IMG/VR virus record: IMGVR_UViG_3300037418_002116
Length of the DNA stretch: 64,000 nt
Origin: a virus
Taxonomy: Duplodnaviria; Caudoviricetes
Direction: 5' to 3' (one strand)
A program made the translations under genes and the position numbers. Below, one piece after another: positions 50,891-58,550 of this stretch. The stretch's first letter is position 1. Each line of letters starts with the position of its first letter. The notes under the pieces are model-generated. The model was not told where the DNA came from, did not search any database, and saw nothing but the letters and a program-made list of their open reading frames with translations.

Positions 50891-51577
50891 ATGAAATCCT
50901 TTAAACAGTTCCTTGTTGAACAAGAGGTAGATCAGCAAAAAATTGTTGAATTCTACAATCAACTGCTACCTAAATTGCAGCATGTCGAAAGATCATTCGA
51001 TCAAGTTTTGCGGGCATCCTTGCCGAAGCGCATTTCCAAGTGGAAAGGCCCCGGCGAATACCATAAGGCTCACAATGTGAATCCGGTTGTCTTGACCGAT
51101 ATCAAATCTATTGGTTCGGTTATCTCAAAGGTCAAGCGTGGCAAAAAGGTCGAACAGATTGGCGACTTGGTTCGTGGCGCTGTTCTGATGCCGGATCACG
51201 CTGGCGTTGAAGAATTTGTCAAAAGTTTCATTCGCAAAAATCAGGGAATCATCGCCAAGCACGAAATCAAAGCCCATGGCGGCGATCTTGAATATGGCTA
51301 TTACGGTTCGCAACACCTTGATTTGATCATCGACGGTTTGCGTGTCGAGCTACAGGTTATGACTCAAAAGCTCTGGAAAATGAAACATGCCGCTCACGTG
51401 ATTTATACGAAAACCCGTGAAACAGGCGCTACAGAATCCGATAAAATTCAGTCACGAAACATTTTCAAACAAGGCAACAAGCCTAAGTACGTGCGTGAAG
51501 AAGATGTGCCGGATGATTTCGAAGCGCTCTTGGAATTCATGCAAGAGGAAGACCGCTGGACGCTCTTCCTCGATTAA
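50891..51577 (+). CDS. RelA/SpoT-type small alarmone synthetase-like protein with capsid-targeting-like N-terminus
   Basis: MKSFKQFLVE; IKSIGSVISK (Syn1), GDLVRG (Syn2), YGYYGSQH (Syn3), ELQVMT (Syn4), HVIY. Confidence 0.8.
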   Translation: MKSFKQFLVEQEVDQQKIVEFYNQLLPKLQHVERSFDQVLRASLPKRISKWKGPGEYHKAHNVNPVVLTDIKSIGSVISKVKRGKKVEQIGDLVRGAVLMPDHAGVEEFVKSFIRKNQGIIAKHEIKAHGGDLEYGYYGSQHLDLIIDGLRVELQVMTQKLWKMKHAAHVIYTKTRETGATESDKIQSRNIFKQGNKPKYVREEDVPDDFEALLEFMQEEDRWTLFLD

Positions 51578-51969
51578 TAGGGCTCTTGGACAGCGAAGTA
51601 ATAGAACACACCATCGCTCTCTGCCATCGTGTAGGCACCCACAAGCTTCTTTGCGAGCTTCTTTGCGAGATAGGTGTAAACCTTCTGCTTCTTATCCGTG
51701 TTCGACGTGAAGAAGAACATGTGGGGCTTCTTCGAACCAAGCCACTCCATCATAATGGACTCAAGCTTGGTGAACACCTTCTTTGAATTCTTGAAGTAGT
51801 TCCTATCCCGCATACCGAAGTCAACGGCATCATCGTTCCATCTGGGAACGAAAGCGTTCATCTTGGTAGCACCACCGATCACATAAAAGCTTACAGAACC
51901 GGCATCGGAAACCTCAAACCGGTAGGCAAGACCGTCGATAGTGAACTTCTTTCTGTACTGCATTCTCAC
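51574..51969 (-). CDS. Hypothetical protein
   Basis: High-expression-like codon usage; own promoter near 52010. Confidence 0.7.
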   Translation of the reverse strand: MRMQYRKKFTIDGLAYRFEVSDAGSVSFYVIGGATKMNAFVPRWNDDAVDFGMRDRNYFKNSKKVFTKLESIMMEWLGSKKPHMFFFTSNTDKKQKVYTYLAKKLAKKLVGAYTMAESDGVFYYFAVQEPY

Positions 51970-52019
51970 TCACTTTCGGCCTTTATGTAGTCCATTCTTG
52001 AACGATTGTCAATAGAAAA

Positions 52020-53051
52020 TTATTTTGACCGTTTTTGATATGGAACCATCACGAATGCATCAGATGGAAATGCTTGTTTTAATTGATCTATTTTACTCTT
52101 TGCCTTATCGACCGAAAATGCAATTTTTCCATCATCTCGTTTGAAAGCGAAACCGATTTTTCCACCGTGGCGGCGATGCACAGTCACCATTCCATCCTGC
52201 GGTTCTTCCTTAGAAGATTCGGCTTTCTTAGCCTTTGGTTTGGCTTTTGTCGTTGTCGATCCCTTAGAATCGGTATCCTTCTGCCATGTTTTCATATCCG
52301 GCTGTAGGAGAGATGATGGCTTAGGCTTCTTCGGATATGGATTTTTATCGAGCTTGGAAATTTTCGTTCTGAAAAATTTCTTCATGTCGTGTTCATCCGG
52401 AGCGTTCTTTGCCAGCCAATCATGCAGCTTGGCTTGGATGGCTTGGGCTTCCGCCATCGGCTGGCCAGACTTTTTCACCGACAGAAAGCAGAGTCCTTTC
52501 AGGTGAAATTCGGTATTGTCGGAATCGGAAAATTTCACGGCATGATTGTCGTTCTTCAAAAGGATTTTCACATCACCGTCGATCTTCCCCGGCAATTTGC
52601 CGTTCAAAACTCCCTTCATGAATTTGCTGTTGTCCAGCGTCTTCAAAGTCACGTCGTGAGGATAGATATCCCGGCGTGTCGAATTGCGCTTGACTTCGAT
52701 GTGGTAATTCGACATGGCCCAACCGATATGGATATTTTGCGGCTCATAGCCGAACTCCAAAAGGTGAGGGATGATTTCCTGAATGCTTTCGGCATTCGCA
52801 GCCAAAACATCAAACATGATATTTGGTAGAGATTCCGAAAAAACAGTTCTGACCTTTTCCAGATAGGTCATTGCCGGTTTCCAGTTCTTTCCCGAATACT
52901 GTTTGAACTTGGTATGCTCCATGAACATTTTGTGGCTGTAGCCCATGTCTGTCTCTTTATCAGCGACAACAAAGACTACTTGTCCATCGGTTTGACCATC
53001 ATTGAAAACAATAAGGTTTTCAGCAAGATAGCGTTGTTTGAAGTTTTTCAA
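52020..53051 (-). CDS. Putative internal head protein, degenerate P-loop kinase-like
   Basis: MKNFKQRYLAE N-terminus; LIVFNDG..DGQVVFV, NIMFD, GY..IHIGW, RN..R features of a zeta-toxin-like T4 family, but no GxxxxGK. Confidence 0.5.
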   Translation of the reverse strand: MKNFKQRYLAENLIVFNDGQTDGQVVFVVADKETDMGYSHKMFMEHTKFKQYSGKNWKPAMTYLEKVRTVFSESLPNIMFDVLAANAESIQEIIPHLLEFGYEPQNIHIGWAMSNYHIEVKRNSTRRDIYPHDVTLKTLDNSKFMKGVLNGKLPGKIDGDVKILLKNDNHAVKFSDSDNTEFHLKGLCFLSVKKSGQPMAEAQAIQAKLHDWLAKNAPDEHDMKKFFRTKISKLDKNPYPKKPKPSSLLQPDMKTWQKDTDSKGSTTTKAKPKAKKAESSKEEPQDGMVTVHRRHGGKIGFAFKRDDGKIAFSVDKAKSKIDQLKQAFPSDAFVMVPYQKRSK

Positions 53052-53057
53052 TGAAAT

Positions 53058-53094
53058 CCTCGGATAGCTTGTTTTCTTTATTTAGCTATCCGAG
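53058..53094 (-). promoter_or_regulatory. Late promoter (GCTAAATA) embedded in an 11-bp hairpin that overlaps the RBS
   Basis: Minus strand CTCGGATAGCT-AAATAAAGAAAACA-AGCTATCCGAG-GATTTCA-TTG. Confidence 0.7.
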
Positions 53095-53099
53095 TTTAG

Positions 53100-53786
53100 T
53101 TATCGCATGAACTTCCGTTTGTGGATGTCGATGCCGTCATAGGTCTTTTCGACTTGGAAGTACCATGTTCGATCCGGCCTTTCCGTGTTGAAACGGACGG
53201 CTGACAACGGTCCACCGAACACGCAACCGGTATCGATGTTCAATTGGTTTTTCCGCTCATAGATCGCCTGTACCGGCGTATGACCATGCGTGACATAGTA
53301 GCCATATTCGTAATCGTCATTGTAGAAACGAAAATCCCGGTCCCATATGATGGTCTGTTCGTTCTGGTCTTCCATGCATTTCGAAGGATCGATTCCGGCA
53401 TGAACGAATACGTAATGGTCATATTGGTAATAGAGACGGAGCGACTTCAAAAAATTCATGGTCACTTCGTCCTTATACCAAAGCTGGCCATGATAGGATT
53501 CGACAGTTGCCGCTCCACCATTCTGCATCCAATGCCAACCTTTGCCGTCACGCATCATGTCTTCATGATTACCTTTGATGTAGATATGCTCTACATTTTC
53601 CGGCTGTTCACGACGGCGCTGGTCCAGAAAATGAATCACACCACGGGAATCAGGACCACGGTCCACATAGTCACCAATGGTGATGATTTTGGCTTCGTTG
53701 TCGCCTCGATCTTCGTCAATCAAGGCAATCATAGCCTGTAGTTCGGCAAGGCATCCATGGATGTCACCGATAGCGTATAGTAGCAT
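53100..53786 (-). CDS. Ser/Thr protein phosphatase (PPP/ApaH-like metallophosphoesterase)
   Basis: IGDIHG, GDYVDRG, GNHE, FVHAG, HGHTP, IDTGC motifs. Confidence 0.92.
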   Translation of the reverse strand: MLLYAIGDIHGCLAELQAMIALIDEDRGDNEAKIITIGDYVDRGPDSRGVIHFLDQRRREQPENVEHIYIKGNHEDMMRDGKGWHWMQNGGAATVESYHGQLWYKDEVTMNFLKSLRLYYQYDHYVFVHAGIDPSKCMEDQNEQTIIWDRDFRFYNDDYEYGYYVTHGHTPVQAIYERKNQLNIDTGCVFGGPLSAVRFNTERPDRTWYFQVEKTYDGIDIHKRKFMR

Positions 53787-53800
53787 TTTAAATGGACCTA

Positions 53801-54262
53801 TTAAGAAGCGGTTCCGTTGCCCACGTCGAGAACGAAAATTTTCCGCTTGTTATACACGTTTTGGATGACACCGGGACGATCTTCGAACGCCATGAACACC
53901 GGGCCGTATGTCGCCTCGATATGGTCAAGTAGGTCGTGCTTGGCCTCCCAATCCGGACGATTGTCACCCTTAGCCCGCATGATCAGTACATGACGAGAAA
54001 AGTTGTTCTTGTCCAGCCATTGTTCCGTGATTTCTCGTTCTTCCTCGGAACGGGCAGTCATGATGATGCAAAGATTGTCGGGAAGTGTCGCCAGCGCATT
54101 GAAAATATATTGCGTCTGGGGAATTGGGTCGTCATTGACCGACAATTCCATGAAGGCTTTCCAGTTCTTTGGTTTCGACTTGATTAGAGGCAGTCGATGT
54201 GCCGAGTCTGAAATTGTTCCGTCAATATCCCAAACTATGATTTTCTTAATTATTTCCTGCAA
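53801..54262 (-). CDS. HAD-family polynucleotide 3'-phosphatase (PseT phosphatase-domain-like)
   Basis: WDIDGTI, MTAR, LIMRAKGDNRPD..AK, FEDR motifs. Confidence 0.88.
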   Translation of the reverse strand: MQEIIKKIIVWDIDGTISDSAHRLPLIKSKPKNWKAFMELSVNDDPIPQTQYIFNALATLPDNLCIIMTARSEEEREITEQWLDKNNFSRHVLIMRAKGDNRPDWEAKHDLLDHIEATYGPVFMAFEDRPGVIQNVYNKRKIFVLDVGNGTAS

Positions 54263-56159
54263 TACCTTTTTCTCTCTTCGATTCGCTTACAATTCGTTCT
54301 AAAATATTCAGCTTCCAAGTTAGGCGCTGTTGTTCCAATTCGGCATGACGATTAACGAGCGCCAAAGCCATTATCGGACTATCATCCTTGATTTTGTCAG
54401 CACGGTCCAACAGTTCATCATTTCGATTCCGCCAATCGGAATCGAATTTGATTTCATGTGGTTCGGCGTGTTCTGAAAATTTCAGTTCAGACATTATTTG
54501 AACAATCTGGCCGGTTTTCGTTGTAGTCCATGGCGTCTGCGATACCGTTCAGCGATTCTAAATGCGATTGAATTTAGTCTGCAATAACAGTAGGAATGAT
54601 CCTTTTCAGGACCAAGACAGCCACACGCACTTCCATACCACACGTTATCTGGGTGTTCCAACCACCAAATAATGCTGGAACGAAGCTGCTGTTTAATTGG
54701 CAACTTGTATTCCACAGGTTGGATCGGCTGTGGACGATGTTTTGCTCGCAGTTCTTCCAATCTACTTAGTTCAGACATTCGTACTCATTCGCCTCTAGCG
54801 TAATGTACTGAATTGTCTTCGAATAATCCCGAACGACATAAAATCCGTTCGGAAGAATGGCGTTAACCAACACCAGCCGCAATTTTTTGAACATTCTCAC
54901 CCTCTCATGGTATTATGAACAATATATCCGAATTTCAATAGGGAGTCAACCCGGATATTTCTTTAATTCATAATATGTGTAATCCGAATTTTTCCCCTGC
55001 ATATAATCCATTTCCAGCTTATGATAGTTCAGCATTCGACCAAATCGAGCCGAATCGATGATACCACATGCTTTGCAGCCATTGGCGATGGTTTCTGCCC
55101 GCTTGGCAACCCGCTCTTCCGTGGTTTCATCCTCGGACATTTCCCACAAATCGAAATATGGATTGTCGTTGGCGTTGGCGTCCAGCCAAGCATCATATTG
55201 CGGAACATTGTCTCGCAACCACTGGCGAACTTTTTCACCAGATTTGAGGGTGTTCTGGCTTCGCAGAATATTGCAAAGCTCTATCGCCTCTTTCTCGGTT
55301 TCCACATACAGGAAAGGATCACACACATGGTGATCATAATCAGATTCTTCATAACAAATTGCGTACATGTTTCAATCCTTCCCCAAAAACCAATTCCAAA
55401 AGTTTTTGCCAAAAATTTTCCATAACGACTTGAAATTTGGAAGAGTGAAAGTGTCGATCCTTACTTCACTTGTTTTAACAAAAACCACTGGCAACGGGTT
55501 GTCACCACGCTTCCATTCGTTCGGGCGATAGCAACAAATATAACCATCGTCGCCCGGAACTTTCAATCCAGTACCAAAAACTTCTAATTTGATGCCGGAA
55601 TCATGGATCACATCGACATATTTGATTTCTTTGCCGTTCTTGTCTCTATGATATTCGAGTGACATGGTTCAACCCTTCAACTGAATGGTCGTCGTGCCAT
55701 CGTTCTTTTTTGACACGATGATTTCCCGATCAGCAAGGCGAAGTGTGTTCACCGTCTGATGTGAAGCCAGAAGGAATTCCAGAAGGGAATCCACCTGTCC
55801 GGCTTTGTGCTTGTATTCCTGATACTTTGAAGTCATCAATCATCATCCATCTGGTATAGATCATACTTTTCGCAGATCACAGCCCAATTCTTCTTAATAA
55901 ATTCTCGGCATTCTTCTTCGGTCGAGCGCTTTGCCTTCAAGGTAATCCATGCGAAGTCACAAGGATCAGCTTCGGAAGGAACTTTCTTGACCATCAGGCG
56001 AATAAACCAGTCATCACCTTGACTGGAAAATCGATTCGGAGGCGTGATCGCACCGCACTTCTTCTTATCAGCCTTGATTTGTGTGGTCGGGTTCGGTTCG
56101 GCAATCGCTCGCAAACCGGTTTCCTTCTTTTCCTTCTTAAAACTTAGCTTCATGTTCAT
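54246..56159 (-). CDS. Small hypothetical CDSs (54246-54494, 54494-54778, 54946-55368, 55372-55665, 55836-56159 and short ORFs between)
   Basis: Co-oriented ORFs behind early promoters near 54950 and 56203. Confidence 0.6.
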
Positions 56160-56204
56160 TCCTCTTTGTCCAATTTATATAATAGAAATATATAGATGTC
56201 AAGA

Positions 56205-56570
56205 GGCGAATCTACAAACGAAAGTGGGCTTGTTTCGCACTCCACCGCATAGAAGACGGTTGGAACGAAACAAGCCCTTTCTGGCTTGGCCACGAAGCCG
56301 CTTTCAAAGGAACATGGTGCGAACAGAAATTCTACTCCGATGGTGAATCTCTGCTTTATGTTCCGTCTCGGCGCTCGGATTGTTGTAACGGGCCGTAATC
56401 CGGTAGCCCAAATATACACTCACACTTTGTTTCACACGCAAGCCCGGCAAGGTGACCAATTATTCGGTCGAAGCCTTTGTGATTTTTGCCAATCACATTT
56501 CTGTTGTGGCGGTGCCGGTCCCGCTTAGCGGGGGCTTTTGCCCATGCCGCATTGATAGCGGCTTCAATCA
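56205..56570 (-). ncRNA. Candidate large structured ncRNA
   Basis: No credible RBS-led ORF; multiple long helices; G-U pairs favour the minus strand. Confidence 0.5.
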
Positions 56571-56609
56571 ACAATCAATCTAGGTTTCGGCGCTTTGTCA
56601 AGCATGAAA

Positions 56610-56828
56610 ACAACTTAGAAGAAAACACACCTACCTTTTCTTAATGGGGCCTGTTCAGTTCCCCGGTTTCTATAAAAAAGGGTTGGTGAACGTCCTGCAC
56701 CGTTCTTTAATCCCCATGTGTTCGGGGAACCCACAAGAAACCAGTCCGCTGACATCAATTTCTGACCGCCTAGGCTGGCTTCCTACTTCCTTTCCGAGAA
56801 AGCGCTACTTCCGTCTCGCTCCCTACAG
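56610..56828 (-). ncRNA. Candidate structured ncRNA behind its own early promoter
   Basis: GTTGAC-N16-TTATAT at 56862-56835; downstream hairpins, no SD-led ORF. Confidence 0.35.
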
Positions 56829-56898
56829 TCATCAATATAATCACCATTTTTCTGGTGTCAACAGGAAAAATTCAAAAAATGAAAATTTCTGGAACAAT

Positions 56899-57504
56899 TT
56901 ATGATTCTATAATCTTTTCAATGACTTCCCAAATCTCGTCTTCATCCATCACTTTGGAGAACGGACATACCGATGGAGCATCTATCGCTTTGATAATCCT
57001 AGCGTTTTCTTTGAAAATGTGTTCACGACGGAGGAATGTGATGGTCGGGACAGGGTATTCGATTCTATGGAAAACATCCCGAGTGAGATTGTAGGTCTGT
57101 CCGGTTTCCACCGTGAAGTCGGCTAGACGATGAATCATGCACTCACCAAGGAATGCCGGTTCTTTGCCAACGTCATCCTTTTTGCATGACACTTCATAGA
57201 GTCCATATTCGGCAAAACACACACTCTCATATGTGTAAAGCGTATTCATCAGAGCGCCTTTGATGACGGTCGATGAAAAATCGTAGCGGTGATCGTGAAT
57301 TTCCTCTTGATCGAGGATTGGCATAACGTCCGGATGATAGAAGTGGAGGCGTTCGACGGCATTCAGTTTGAGTTGGATGAAGCCAAGTCCAAAATAATTC
57401 GGTTTACCCAGAGTTTTCAGCCGGGCAATGTCAAGATATTCGTGTTTAGGCATTTTTTCCTTCATTAGAAATGAAAATGGCAACGAAGAAAACTCCGCTG
57501 CCAT
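56899..57504 (-). CDS. Cupin-like protein
   Basis: RLHFYHP...IHDHRYDFSSTVIKG...VFHRI metal-binding double-stranded beta-helix pattern. Confidence 0.55.
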   Translation of the reverse strand: MAAEFSSLPFSFLMKEKMPKHEYLDIARLKTLGKPNYFGLGFIQLKLNAVERLHFYHPDVMPILDQEEIHDHRYDFSSTVIKGALMNTLYTYESVCFAEYGLYEVSCKKDDVGKEPAFLGECMIHRLADFTVETGQTYNLTRDVFHRIEYPVPTITFLRREHIFKENARIIKAIDAPSVCPFSKVMDEDEIWEVIEKIIES

Positions 57505-57509
57505 TTTAT

Positions 57510-58118
57510 TTAGTTGTTCACCACAAGTTTCAGCTTAGGTTGCTGAACATTCAATGTGCCGGGTGCAAATCCCGGTAGGAACTGTTCCCAAAATGCGTCG
57601 TCAATCGTCATCGGATACCGCTTACGAATTTCGAGCATCTGATAGAATGATGGTTCAAAGATTTTTTTCTTTGGAGCCCATCTACCAACTGGCAAAGATG
57701 CACCTTTCATGAGATTGCATGAAGGACATGAAGCCACAACATTTTCCCATTCGGTCTTACCACCTTTAGCTCTTGGAATCACATGGTCATCCGTGATGGA
57801 ATTCGATTGATTCCTTTGAGTAGTCAAAGGCATATCGCACCAGAAGCACTTACCAGAATCACGATAGTACAAGGTTTCCTTGTTCAACTGAATCTTGTTC
57901 GTGAATTTTCTGGCTGAATTGGTAACGATCACTGATGGCCAACGCAAATCCGTTCTTGACGGAGTCAAGATTGGCCGATCATACCAATGCACAACATTGT
58001 TCTTACCAAGCAGATATCCCACAATGGCGTCACGTGCCGGAATAAGCGACAACGGAAACACCGAATGCGGCATAAAATTCTTGTTCAGGACCAATGTTCT
58101 CAAATTTACTTCTGACAC
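57510..58118 (-). CDS. HNH endonuclease (McrA-like)
   Basis: RDSGKCFWC...TDDHVIPRAKGGKTEWENVVASCPSCNLMKG. Confidence 0.9.
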   Translation of the reverse strand: MSEVNLRTLVLNKNFMPHSVFPLSLIPARDAIVGYLLGKNNVVHWYDRPILTPSRTDLRWPSVIVTNSARKFTNKIQLNKETLYYRDSGKCFWCDMPLTTQRNQSNSITDDHVIPRAKGGKTEWENVVASCPSCNLMKGASLPVGRWAPKKKIFEPSFYQMLEIRKRYPMTIDDAFWEQFLPGFAPGTLNVQQPKLKLVVNN

Positions 58119-58145
58119 GTTTCTAACCTTTCTCCTATGTCAATA

Positions 58146-58500
58146 GCTATGTTCAATAAAGAATCTAATGAAATCAAGCAAGTAACGAAATGTTACAAAA
58201 TGTTACTTGACTATTTCTCCATACTCTTCTAAGGTGACTCTTTATGAGCCTTTATGAATCTTAGTGATTCAATGGTTCTTCGGTAACTTCGTTACCTTCG
58301 AATGTTCTTCGAACATATCTAGTGTTTATATCAATAGATTCTGAAACAAATTACAGGATTTTGGTGAGAAATCCGATAGAATGGGGTTCCAGACCATTTT
58401 ATTTAGAGCGTTCGCCATACCATAGAAAACCAGAGGAATCAATAGACAGCCAAAAAATTCAAATTATTGAAAAATAGCCTCTTGACACTCCATTCTTGTT
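58146..58500. other. AT-rich non-coding divergent region with short direct and inverted repeats
   Basis: AAATGTTAC twice, CTTTATGA twice, GGTAAC/GTTACC, ATGTTC/GAACAT; promoters at both ends. Confidence 0.45.
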
Positions 58501-58550
58501 CATATAATTATTCCCTGTAAGTTGAAATGCGAACCCAAGGGAAGGGTTGA

